This document shows positions 14,996 through 22,640 of a stretch of DNA of 24,440 bases, piece after piece (within the stretch, counting starts at the first letter, position 1; each line of letters begins with the position of its first letter). This stretch comes from an uncultured virus (IMG/VR IMGVR_UViG_3300015610_001396) (taxonomy: Duplodnaviria > Heunggongvirae > Uroviricota > Caudoviricetes). A program made the translations under genes and the position numbers. The notes beneath the pieces are model-generated. The model had not been told where the DNA came from. It saw only the letters and a list, made by a program, of their open reading frames with translations, and ran no database searches. The stretch covers positions 62,001 to 86,440 of IMG/VR virus record IMGVR_UViG_3300015610_001396; one strand, given 5' to 3'.

Positions 14996-16267
14996 CTACG
15001 TCCCCCATACGCCCATCCTGCAGATGTCCCGCTGGTGCTCTGCCTCGACGCCCTGCTTGTTGACATCCATGAGCCGATGGCGGATCACCCACCAGTAGTA
15101 GGTCAGGGCTCGTGGATTGATGCTGATCATCAAGTCAGCAATGCGAATCTTGTGTTGCGAATCGGCAACGTCCGATTCGTCCAAAACAGTGTCCGCAGGA
15201 GCGCCGCGCTGCTTTCTAACGGCCTGGGTTGCTGTAATGCCCCAGCGGTTCTCCTGCACCACCCAATCACGAAAGGACTCGCAAACAGTCCGCTGAGCCT
15301 CATACTCGCCCTTCTCTTGGCGGTGTGATCCTACCTTGTCGGTATAGTCGATGATGACGATGTTGTACCGCACACCGTTCTGGCGCTCCTGGTCATGGAC
15401 CCAGGCTCGGATGTTGGCGATCTTTGTGGTGATCGGAGCGAAATACTCAATGATCACACTGCCATGAGGTACCGCCTTGAGGAATAGGCGGACATCAGCT
15501 TGTCTATCCGACAAGCTGTCAGTTGGAATACCAACCATCGCAGCCAGGGTGCGCGCCATTTGAACCGCACGAGGGTTTTCGAGGGTGGCGATTGCCACAT
15601 TTTCTCCGCGCAAGAGATTTGCAGCAGCACAGTTGGTGAGCTCCATGGACTTACCGCTGTTCGGGCCACCCAGGAACATCGTCAGCGTTGCGCGAACAGG
15701 ACCGCCACGCAAGAGGATGTCTAGGTCAGGCACGCCAGTCGTGCAGACCTCAAGTTGAGTGGAATCGAGAGCCTCTTCCAGGCCCGAATCGAACGAGATG
15801 CCTCCACTAGCATCGGCGAGGCCGATTTTGGAAGCACGATCCATGGCCCGTGCGGCTGCTTCCAGTTGAGCTGGATCTCCTGATTGGTATGCCTGGATAG
15901 ATCGTTCAGCAGCACGCTTCAGCGCTTCTTGGTGTAGGTGGGGCTTCCAGGCTTCGACGTAGGCATCGTCGTCCATGTCGGGCTCGGTACACAGGAGTAG
16001 TTCCTCTACTTCTGCAAAAGCCTCATGTGTGATCTTGCCAGCGTCAACCCAGTTACGAATCTGCTGAAGCAGCACGACCGTGGAAGGTAGGCGCCCAGCT
16101 GTGCTCTGCGTACAAGCCAGCGCAGACCGCATGAGAAGCTCTGCGGCTGCGTCGTTGAGCTTGGCAGGGTCGATGTGGCCTGAGAGCCGACTGTAGAGCT
16201 TCTGCGAGATGCACATCGCGCAGATAGACAGCCGCTCGAATGAGGGGATCGTCGCGTACTTTTTCAT
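14996..16267 (-). CDS. dnaB: DnaB-like (SF4) replicative helicase
   Basis: TGVPDLD.LLRGG, Walker A GGPNSGKS, TLEN, Walker B IIDY, TATQ, ADLMI. Confidence 0.9.
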   Translation of the reverse strand: MKKYATIPSFERLSICAMCISQKLYSRLSGHIDPAKLNDAAAELLMRSALACTQSTAGRLPSTVVLLQQIRNWVDAGKITHEAFAEVEELLLCTEPDMDDDAYVEAWKPHLHQEALKRAAERSIQAYQSGDPAQLEAAARAMDRASKIGLADASGGISFDSGLEEALDSTQLEVCTTGVPDLDILLRGGPVRATLTMFLGGPNSGKSMELTNCAAANLLRGENVAIATLENPRAVQMARTLAAMVGIPTDSLSDRQADVRLFLKAVPHGSVIIEYFAPITTKIANIRAWVHDQERQNGVRYNIVIIDYTDKVGSHRQEKGEYEAQRTVCESFRDWVVQENRWGITATQAVRKQRGAPADTVLDESDVADSQHKIRIADLMISINPRALTYYWWVIRHRLMDVNKQGVEAEHQRDICRMGVWGT

Positions 16268-16441
16268 GCTGCCTGTTGTCGCTATTCAGCGAGAAGGTGA
16301 CATCGGCTGAGTGTAGGGTATTGTTGGGAACCATACGACGCGTATGGTTGAATCAAGATCCCATACAACCTGTAGACGAGCATTGTACCAGGCCTGCAGG
16401 GGTATACCTGCTACTCAGCACATGGTCTGTGGTTTTGTGAA

Positions 16442-16657
16442 TCAGCATAACACGCTAGCAGGGCTTGGCGTTTGCAGGAGGGGACGATGCAGCTCATTGA
16501 CAGAATACTGTAAACGAGAAAGCCAAACGTCTACATGAATGCTGCGGTGATCACCAGAAAGAAATGGTAGGTATTTGGGCAAATACCTACTCCTCACCTG
16601 GGACACCCGATCCATGGTTACTTCTGTTCTACGTTGCCAGTAGAGAAGTACGATCAT
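16442..16657 (-). CDS. micro-ORF (71 aa, MIVLLYWQ...SVLC)
   Basis: ATGA overlap at the start, ATGCTGA junction at the end. Confidence 0.5.
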   Translation of the reverse strand: MIVLLYWQRRTEVTMDRVSQVRSRYLPKYLPFLSGDHRSIHVDVWLSRLQYSVNELHRPLLQTPSPASVLC

Positions 16658-16803
16658 ACCGAGCACCATAGTCGGTGCGCGAACGATACAACCGCAAATT
16701 TGTGAGCTTGGATGCTCTGTGCATGTAGATGAAGCCAGAACGTATACATGTTTGCTGGTATGAAGTCTTGCCGGTAGGTCATGCGAATTGCGCACTTGAT
16801 CAC
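16654..16803 (-). CDS. micro-ORF (49 aa, MIKCAIRMTY...)
   Basis: GTGA overlap with the upstream stop and ATGA overlap downstream. Confidence 0.5.
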   Translation of the reverse strand: MIKCAIRMTYRQDFIPANMYTFWLHLHAQSIQAHKFAVVSFAHRLWCSV

Positions 16804-17369
16804 CACAGAAACTCTCCTGAAGCTACTCTCGCGTCGATGCGGGACTGCAGCGCTGCAGCTTGGTGCTCAGCTTCCAGCAGGGTGTCTGGATCGATACACC
16901 CAGACAGAGATTGCTGCCAGCACAAACGTGTGGCTGGGGGAAAAACGATGCGAGGGGGGCAGTTGAGCTTCAGCTGGTTGAACACCCGCATGTTGTGGCG
17001 ATTGAACACCTTGAGCGAGCACACATAGGTGTGCGGGATCGACATGTGCCGACTCTTGTTGGTGAACTCCCACAAGTAGGTACAAAACTTGACCCAGGCG
17101 GCGGGAGGGATCCGAGCGACTTCCAACGCACAGTAGGCGTTATCCCACATCAGCTTGTGTGTGGGATAAATCGTTTTGGCAGCGTGGGGGCCGAGGCAGC
17201 GCGAGGAAATGAAGAGCTTGGCCAAGTACTGCCCACCTGAGAGGGTAGGGACGGCCAGGGGGGCCGCAGGGATGATAGCCCGCGGGAGGTCGAGTAGCTT
17301 TGCGTACTGTGCACGATGTTCGGCGTGGGTGCTTGCCGAAATGAGGTCGTCCAGTTCGTGCCTGATCAC
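16800..17369 (-). CDS. hypothetical protein (about 190 aa; start at 17369 or 17420)
   Basis: Long ORF; GTG at 17369 overlaps the TGA of the upstream micro-ORF. Confidence 0.6.
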   Translation of the reverse strand: MIRHELDDLISASTHAEHRAQYAKLLDLPRAIIPAAPLAVPTLSGGQYLAKLFISSRCLGPHAAKTIYPTHKLMWDNAYCALEVARIPPAAWVKFCTYLWEFTNKSRHMSIPHTYVCSLKVFNRHNMRVFNQLKLNCPPRIVFPPATRLCWQQSLSGCIDPDTLLEAEHQAAALQSRIDARVASGEFLW

Positions 17370-17512
17370 ATGCGGTTTGCTTGTTGTGGTGTGGTGAGTG
17401 CGAGGTGTGTGATCTTCCATGTGAGGTGTTTGCGCGGGCGCACTCTCACTTCCATGTCTGTATTGCACATCGGGTACACAAGATACGCTTCGTGAGCTGC
17501 AACCATCAGCAT
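17366..17512 (-). CDS. micro-ORF (48 aa, MLMVAAHEAY...)
   Basis: ATGCTGA junction with the upstream ORF. Confidence 0.5.
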   Translation of the reverse strand: MLMVAAHEAYLVYPMCNTDMEVRVRPRKHLTWKITHLALTTPQQANRM

Positions 17513-17649
17513 AGGAATATCGTGCCTCTGTAGGGAGCAAAAACTCGGTAGCGGGGAAATCCAACACATAGGGCGTTGGTAGATGGCATTATTGCTGCCT
17601 TACAGCGAGAACTCCTGCCCCTAATCAGGAAAAATGCAAATGGCATCAT
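17506..17649 (-). CDS. micro-ORF (47 aa, MMPFAFFL...IFLC)
   Basis: ATGA overlap upstream, ATGCTGA overlap downstream. Confidence 0.5.
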   Translation of the reverse strand: MMPFAFFLIRGRSSRCKAAIMPSTNALCVGFPRYRVFAPYRGTIFLC

Positions 17650-17846
17650 TGAGCGAATACCCCCAACCCTAAGTTCCAAACAGCGCGCATAAAGAAGTAA
17701 TGGAGGTTCAGGTGGAGCATCTTTCGGCTTTTGATGAAGCGTGTAGCAACGTAAGGGTAGCGGTACCCCATTGCGAGCTGAGTGTGGTTGGCCTGCATCA
17801 TGTGCATAGGTGTTCCCACTTTCCAACTAGAGACAGGCAGCAGCAT
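17646..17846 (-). CDS. micro-ORF (66 aa, MLLPVSSWK...)
   Basis: Starts 4 nt after the helicase stop; N-terminus resembles 21657-21839 (MLLMSCSWK). Confidence 0.55.
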   Translation of the reverse strand: MLLPVSSWKVGTPMHMMQANHTQLAMGYRYPYVATRFIKSRKMLHLNLHYFFMRAVWNLGLGVFAQ

Positions 17847-17850
17847 CTAC

Positions 17851-19236
17851 CTATCGGAGCTTTCCGTAGTGAGACTTTCGATCGAGGAAGTGCGAAATCA
17901 GCATTGCGCAGTCTCTATGCGCTGAGCCAGCACATCCGCACCCGATGTCGGCAAAGTCGTAGACCGGAAACTCCGTCTTGATTTCCTTGCCCTCCGAGTA
18001 TCGACGCGCTGCGCGTCCTACTTTCTGGATGACAGGGATAGCGGCTTTGCCTCCAGCCAAATTCATCATGCTGGCTACGACAGGAACGTCTACACCTTGT
18101 TGAAATACATCGGTACAAACGAGGATGTCCAGCTCACCACGCTTGATGTTCGCCAGAGTTTGTGCGTTTTCTGCTTTGCCAGTTTCTCCAGTAGCGAGAG
18201 CTGTACGAAAACCTGACGGGTTTCTATCTCGCAGACGCGCGTAAATGCTTCTGGCGTGCTCGACGCTTTTCGTAAATACCATGATCGGCTTGGGAGCAGA
18301 TTGAATCGCGCTGATTGCAGCTGCATTTCGCGGCTGATTGTTAGAGATCGCTGCCATGTAAGCGTCATGCCATACAGCGAGGGAGGTGTCTGTGGGTTCA
18401 TGCTGGTAAGGCAAGTACACAACCTGGGGGGCAGCAACTGCTTTCAGGTCGGTAACAGCCTCCTTGAATGTGATTTTGTGCAGCACAGGGCCGAAAGCCC
18501 CGATCACATAGTAGTGCTTCTGGTCAGCGCGCAGCATTGCTGTCGCACTCAGCCCGTATCGGTAGTAGGCGTTGACAAACCTGTTCATCAGCGTCTGGCA
18601 GGTCGGTGAAGCCGCTCCGTGGACCTCATCGTAGATGACCTGCTGATACCGATCCCAGGGGAATCGCTGGGCCTCGTTGAGCGCCTGGTAGGTACACACA
18701 ACCAGATCGCTGATCTGGTGGAACCCACCACCGTAGACCGTTGGGGCCACATTCAACCTGGCCTTGAAGCGCTCAACGATCTGCTGCAGCAGCGGCTCGT
18801 TGGGCACGATGATCACTGTCGGAAGCGGGCGGATGGCGTATAGTGCGACCACAAGCTCGCCCTTCCCGGTCCCAGTCGGATGACTGAATATGCCACGGGG
18901 CATTTTGCGAGCAGCGCTAATGGCGTCTTGCTGATAATCACGAAGCCAATCGGTGCTCGTACATCGAGCTGGGTCGGCCCTTGGTACTTGCCTACGGTCG
19001 GACAGAGCATACTCAACCCCCAGCGGCTTGATCCATTGGTCCATGACGAAGCGCATCATGCCTGTGGCGAAGCGTACAGCGCTCTTGCCTGGCACAGGCT
19101 CCCCCATGGAAAGAATTGCGGATCCCGCGCGCCCTACTCGAGCCCTAAACGAGAGTGCTCCGCGCAGAGAGGCGAGCGTTTTTGCATCAGCGTGAGCCAG
19201 GGTGCTCACATTTCCAATCTCAAAAATGACAGGCAT
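17851..19236 (-). CDS. superfamily 2 DExH helicase (UvsW/T5 D10-like)
   Basis: LRDYQ Q-motif, PTGTGK, DEVH, GLSAT, GVDVP, QKVGRAAR. Confidence 0.92.
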   Translation of the reverse strand: MPVIFEIGNVSTLAHADAKTLASLRGALSFRARVGRAGSAILSMGEPVPGKSAVRFATGMMRFVMDQWIKPLGVEYALSDRRQVPRADPARCTSTDWLRDYQQDAISAARKMPRGIFSHPTGTGKGELVVALYAIRPLPTVIIVPNEPLLQQIVERFKARLNVAPTVYGGGFHQISDLVVCTYQALNEAQRFPWDRYQQVIYDEVHGAASPTCQTLMNRFVNAYYRYGLSATAMLRADQKHYYVIGAFGPVLHKITFKEAVTDLKAVAAPQVVYLPYQHEPTDTSLAVWHDAYMAAISNNQPRNAAAISAIQSAPKPIMVFTKSVEHARSIYARLRDRNPSGFRTALATGETGKAENAQTLANIKRGELDILVCTDVFQQGVDVPVVASMMNLAGGKAAIPVIQKVGRAARRYSEGKEIKTEFPVYDFADIGCGCAGSAHRDCAMLISHFLDRKSHYGKLR

Positions 19237-19242
19237 GGCTAC

Positions 19243-19410
19243 CTATAACACGCATCGTGCTTTGGTGTTCCAAATTGGGTGCCAGTAGTCTGACTTTTGC
19301 GACGTTCCTGGGTGCATACAAATGAGAATCCGGCCTGTGTATTTAGATTCAGAGCAACGGCTCAGCCCATGTTTAGGAGTGCCCCACAGTAAAAACTGAT
19401 TTAGCTGCAT
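19243..19410 (-). CDS. array microprotein (55 aa), SDxW family
   Basis: Contains ILICMHPGTSQKSDYW. Confidence 0.75.
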   Translation of the reverse strand: MQLNQFLLWGTPKHGLSRCSESKYTGRILICMHPGTSQKSDYWHPIWNTKARCVL

Positions 19411-19411
19411 C

Positions 19412-19573
19412 TCACACCAAATTGAATTGCCAGTTGTTTTTTCTGTTGCACGCTCGCGTTGCCCAGAAATCTGAGCCTCCTAAGTCGTCACCGCTGTACA
19501 TGTAGATGACCATGCGCCCGCGCCATAGGCGGACGCGTGAAGTCCGCTCTTTGCGGTTGCAGTGAAGTTTCAT
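19412..19573 (-). CDS. array microprotein (53 aa), SDxW family
   Basis: Contains MVIYMYSGDDLGGSDFW; ATGA coupling. Confidence 0.75.
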   Translation of the reverse strand: MKLHCNRKERTSRVRLWRGRMVIYMYSGDDLGGSDFWATRACNRKNNWQFNLV

Positions 19574-19719
19574 GTCACCACGTACAGTTTCTGTGTGTAA
19601 TACAATCCATCAGGTGCCGCGAGATCGTAAATGTACCACCAAGGAAAAAACACAGTTAGGTAGTAAACAAAGGCGGTGTGGTTTTGCATTGACCTATTTA
19701 GGGCGTAGTGAAGTTTCAT
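19570..19719 (-). CDS. array microprotein (49 aa, MKLHYALN...)
   Basis: ATGA overlaps at both ends; shares the MKLH start with its neighbour. Confidence 0.65.
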   Translation of the reverse strand: MKLHYALNRSMQNHTAFVYYLTVFFPWWYIYDLAAPDGLYYTQKLYVVT

Positions 19720-19889
19720 GTTTTTTGTGTCAGTTGTACTGGCGCAACCAGTTTCCATTGGTCTGAGCGCTCGAGGTCAATTGAACGGCACATAAACTCA
19801 AATAGCTGGGTGCCTGAGTGGCAGACTACAGGGAGTCTGGTGGTGCCTGATGCATGCGATTGCGGGCAGATGTGGGCACGCACAAACAT
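19716..19889 (-). CDS. array microprotein (57 aa), SDxW family
   Basis: Contains LFEFMCRSIDLERSDQW. Confidence 0.7.
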   Translation of the reverse strand: MFVRAHICPQSHASGTTRLPVVCHSGTQLFEFMCRSIDLERSDQWKLVAPVQLTQKT

Positions 19890-19892
19890 GAC

Positions 19893-20036
19893 CTACTCCA
19901 GCAAAATGAACCCCATGTCGCGTCTCCGTTGACCCCAAAAGTCGCTCTTTTGGTAATCACCGATGTGCATGTACGCGTACAATCGGTAGATGGCGTACTC
20001 GATGACTGCGAGGTATGTGAAGTTCAACAGCAGCAT
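19893..20036 (-). CDS. array microprotein (47 aa), SDxW family
   Basis: Contains LYAYMHIGDYQKSDFW. Confidence 0.75.
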   Translation of the reverse strand: MLLLNFTYLAVIEYAIYRLYAYMHIGDYQKSDFWGQRRRDMGFILLE

Positions 20037-20170
20037 TTGTGATGCCTTTTATCTCCTGCAAAGATCCACGGGTCGGACTTGAGAGTAATTCCAGGGATCA
20101 TGGATACTCTCAGCGCCAACAGAGGCATTGCGATACGCTTGAGGCCGTCACCTCCATCCATACAGAGCAT
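20024..20170 (-). CDS. array microprotein (48 aa), SDxW family (start uncertain)
   Basis: Contains LRVSMIPGITLKSDPW; ends CCC overlapping the next ATG. Confidence 0.65.
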   Translation of the reverse strand: MLCMDGGDGLKRIAMPLLALRVSMIPGITLKSDPWIFAGDKRHHKCCC

Positions 20171-20627
20171 CTTCTACATCCAGCAGTTTGTCGCGGTTTT
20201 TTGTGTTCGGGTCGCGCAGCTTAGCTGCGAGCAGGCGTGCCGCTTGGGCGATTTCTACGGCACGTTCCATATCGAGATGCGCATCGCTCCCGATATGGGC
20301 CACTTCATCAAGCTCTTGTGTGTACTGCTTGCCTTCTCTGATTGAGCTGTAAAGCATCCTGCGCGGGACACGATCTGGTCGCACGGCTTGCAGGTACAGA
20401 GTGGCTACATCGTTCTGGGCGCATCGCCACAGGTAGGCGCTCAGGTCGCCTTTGGTGGGGTCGTAACCGCCGCTGTTGAGCACCTCAAGGCACTTCACCA
20501 CAGCGGTGTTTACCAGGTCTTCGTAGTCGATGTGGGTGTGCTTGATGGCTCTTCGGTATCTGGAAGCCAGAACTCTTGAAGCTTTCATCACAGCATTTAT
20601 CTGCTCTTGTGTGTAGCGATCAGCCAC
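20148..20627 (-). CDS. sigma-70 family protein, region 2 only
   Basis: LASRY...DYEDLVNTAVV..LE....YDPTKGDLSAYLW; AGGAG RBS before GTG; no clear region-4 HTH. Confidence 0.8.
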   Translation of the reverse strand: MADRYTQEQINAVMKASRVLASRYRRAIKHTHIDYEDLVNTAVVKCLEVLNSGGYDPTKGDLSAYLWRCAQNDVATLYLQAVRPDRVPRRMLYSSIREGKQYTQELDEVAHIGSDAHLDMERAVEIAQAARLLAAKLRDPNTKNRDKLLDVEDALYGWR

Positions 20628-20634
20628 ATAGCTC

Positions 20635-20799
20635 CTATGCTGTTAGTTGAAGTGAACCCTGCCCGTACGTCGAATCCTCAAATCTCCGGTAATGCGCCCA
20701 AAAATCAGATTTGGTGTACTCCCCGTCTTGCATGGACCAGAAGAGGTAGGACGGGTAGCGGGTTGCTTGGCGAACACGAGAAAGATGTTTGATGGTCAT
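20635..20799 (-). CDS. array microprotein (54 aa), SDxW family
   Basis: Contains LFWSMQDGEYTKSDFW. Confidence 0.8.
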   Translation of the reverse strand: MTIKHLSRVRQATRYPSYLFWSMQDGEYTKSDFWAHYRRFEDSTYGQGSLQLTA

Positions 20800-20803
20800 T
20801 GAA

Positions 20804-20980
20804 TCACACCTTCAGAACTAGGGTGACGTTGCCCATAAATGTCGTGTTGCTGTAGTTGGTGGTTCTACACCACCAATCAGCTTTCTTGTATGGGCCACTG
20901 TACATGCTCCAAGAAAGGTCACTTGTGCCTAGTGGGACATATTTGGCCAAGGCACGAAAACCAGTGTTCTTCACAAGCAT
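20804..20980 (-). CDS. array microprotein (58 aa), SDxW family
   Basis: Contains LSWSMYSGPYKKADWW. Confidence 0.8.
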   Translation of the reverse strand: MLVKNTGFRALAKYVPLGTSDLSWSMYSGPYKKADWWCRTTNYSNTTFMGNVTLVLKV

Positions 20981-20981
20981 T

Positions 20982-21167
20982 TTACACCAAAAGCAGCAGA
21001 GCTGCGTAGCGGAAGTCCACGAAGAGATCGCCGCGTTTTGACGCCCAATGGCCAGACCTTACGTATTCCTCATTGGGGCCCCAATCTAGCCATCGTCTGC
21101 TTATGGCAACATGCCGTCGTGAGGGACAAATTGGACAACGTGGATGGTACCCAACAGCGGTCAACAC
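20982..21167 (-). CDS. array microprotein (61 aa), degenerate motif
   Basis: Contains LDWGPNEEYVRSGHW; GTGTTGA junction. Confidence 0.6.
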   Translation of the reverse strand: MLTAVGYHPRCPICPSRRHVAISRRWLDWGPNEEYVRSGHWASKRGDLFVDFRYAALLLLV

Positions 21168-21346
21168 TTCTGCACCTCGGCTGAGGAGTCCAAGATCGTG
21201 TGAAACACTATATCGCACGCGCCCGTGTTCCTGGCCCAACGCAGAAGGACAATGCGCGCTTCTGCACCACCAGGGCGCATGAGGTAAAGGCATCTAGGCC
21301 ATCTGTCATTGGGATAACTTGGGTGCTGCGCTTGTGTGCAGAGCAT
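21161..21346 (-). CDS. array microprotein (61 aa), partial motif
   Basis: GAGGA before ATG; contains LYLMRPGG. Confidence 0.6.
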   Translation of the reverse strand: MLCTQAQHPSYPNDRWPRCLYLMRPGGAEARIVLLRWARNTGACDIVFHTILDSSAEVQKC

Positions 21347-21352
21347 GGATCC

Positions 21353-21511
21353 TCAGGTGAGAAAGAATGGGAACTTTGTCACAGAAGCTGCCAAATCGAG
21401 CCAGTCGTGGCCGCTACTCCATGCCCCAAGATAGGGAGGGCTGATCAGCCGTGCGGGTTTGGCACTGGGGCACCTATAAAGAAAACCCCAACGCTCTGGG
21501 AGCACCATCAT
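21353..21511 (-). CDS. array microprotein (52 aa, MMVLPERWG...)
   Basis: ATGA coupling; tiles the array. Confidence 0.55.
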   Translation of the reverse strand: MMVLPERWGFLYRCPSAKPARLISPPYLGAWSSGHDWLDLAASVTKFPFFLT

Positions 21512-21663
21512 AGGACACCCAAGTGCGGTTCGTGGTGCATGAAGTCATACCACTCACGATCAAGCAGCGCCCCTGCTGTGTCGTTGAACCAGATTGTCAG
21601 CCAGTGATCGCAGGCCTTCACTTCTTTTTGTGTGTTGCTGGGTGCTCCCATGATAGCTAGCAT
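21508..21663 (-). CDS. array microprotein (51 aa, MLAIMGAP...)
   Basis: ATGCTAG junction; contains KACDHW. Confidence 0.55.
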   Translation of the reverse strand: MLAIMGAPSNTQKEVKACDHWLTIWFNDTAGALLDREWYDFMHHEPHLGVL

Positions 21664-21839
21664 GCGAAGCGATCTTTCAGGTTGTCGGGTGTTCCGTGCT
21701 CATTCAAGGCGCGCAAACTCAAACGTGCCATTCTTTGCAAGAACTTGATCCCTTCTTTGAGCGCAATCACATAGGAAAAATTCCTGCGATCACGCCTAGT
21801 TGGTTGCGGGTTTTTCCAAGAGCAGGACATTAGCAGCAT
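21657..21839 (-). CDS. array microprotein (60 aa, MLLMSCSWK...)
   Basis: ATGCTGCTAA junction upstream, ATGCTAG junction downstream. Confidence 0.55.
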   Translation of the reverse strand: MLLMSCSWKNPQPTRRDRRNFSYVIALKEGIKFLQRMARLSLRALNEHGTPDNLKDRFAC

Positions 21840-21976
21840 AGGCGTTGGGATGAATAGGCTGTGTTGTGGAATTTCCACATACGAGCATCTTCGCCGGCCA
21901 ATGCGAATGGGAGCGGATAGAAAGAGGCCCACCCTATCCTTGTCAGGCAGGATGTTGCAAATCTTGTAACGGTCAT
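21830..21976 (-). CDS. array microprotein (48 aa, MTVTRFAT...RLCC)
   Basis: Tiles the gap and ends CC overlapping the next start; an alternative frame is also open. Confidence 0.45.
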   Translation of the reverse strand: MTVTRFATSCLTRIGWASFYPLPFALAGEDARMWKFHNTAYSSQRLCC

Positions 21977-21984
21977 AGCGGCAC

Positions 21985-22167
21985 TCAGCAGATGATCAGC
22001 ATATCTTTGTGCCTAAATTCCACAAACTTTCGATACTTGCCTTCTATCGCGCACCACCAGTCTGAGCGAATCAATGTTGCTCCCGGCTGCATTGCCCAGA
22101 ACAGAAGTGTTAGACCCCTGTATGATTTGGCGCAATACATCGGCACTTTATTTTCGTATACGTTCAT
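21985..22167 (-). CDS. array microprotein (60 aa), SDxW family
   Basis: Contains LFWAMQPGATLIRSDWW. Confidence 0.8.
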   Translation of the reverse strand: MNVYENKVPMYCAKSYRGLTLLFWAMQPGATLIRSDWWCAIEGKYRKFVEFRHKDMLIIC

Positions 22168-22174
22168 GCGCGAC

Positions 22175-22357
22175 TCAGCAGTTGAGGTTCATGTGTTTTT
22201 GGTTGAAATGCAGAGGCTGCCCATAGATCGGCCCAATGCACCAAAAATCTGGTCCACGAACGGGCCAGCCTCGTTGCATAGACCAGTAGAGAATGTCCAC
22301 ACACCTAGAACATTGCGTGGGGAATGCTGCCCATCTGTAGTGCTCACAGATCAGCAT
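22175..22357 (-). CDS. array microprotein (60 aa), SDxW family
   Basis: Contains LYWSMQRGWPVRGPDFW; ATGCTGA junction. Confidence 0.78.
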   Translation of the reverse strand: MLICEHYRWAAFPTQCSRCVDILYWSMQRGWPVRGPDFWCIGPIYGQPLHFNQKHMNLNC

Positions 22358-22497
22358 ACACGCACCAGCACATTTAGGGTGAAAGATCGCGCTCGAATAA
22401 ACCAGTGGGTATGATTTGCCCAATTGGGCGACCAAAGACACATGGGTACAAGGTTCCGAAAATCGTACCGCAATGCCGAACTGGTATGAAGTATCAT
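22351..22497 (-). CDS. array microprotein (48 aa, MILHTSSA...)
   Basis: ATGA and ATGCTGA overlaps; degenerate CLWSPNWANHTHW. Confidence 0.55.
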   Translation of the reverse strand: MILHTSSALRYDFRNLVPMCLWSPNWANHTHWFIRARSFTLNVLVRVC

Positions 22498-22640
22498 AGA
22501 CGACACAATCCGTTTCTAACGCGCCCGAAACCCAACAACCACCAAGGGTCGGATTTGCAATAGCCTTTCTCGTGCATCGACTCACGCAAGCTCTTGGAGG
22601 GGGTGTGGTGTTTCGGAGTTTGTAACGCCAAGATGCTCAT
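22494..22640 (-). CDS. array microprotein (48 aa), SDxW family
   Basis: Contains LRESMHEKGYCKSDPW; ATGA overlaps at both ends. Confidence 0.78.
   Translation of the reverse strand: MSILALQTPKHHTPSKSLRESMHEKGYCKSDPWWLLGFGRVRNGLCRL

Noticed and set aside
16268..16448. Micro-ORF directly upstream of the DnaB-like helicase
   Set aside because: ATG at 16448 gives only 31 aa and other frames are also short; possibly a decayed unit, not callable
22175..22585. 136-aa ORF in the track (likewise 16442-16795, 20982-21293, 16800-17567)
   Set aside because: Upstream parts are better explained by separate coupled micro-ORFs in other frames, one of which carries the SDxW motif
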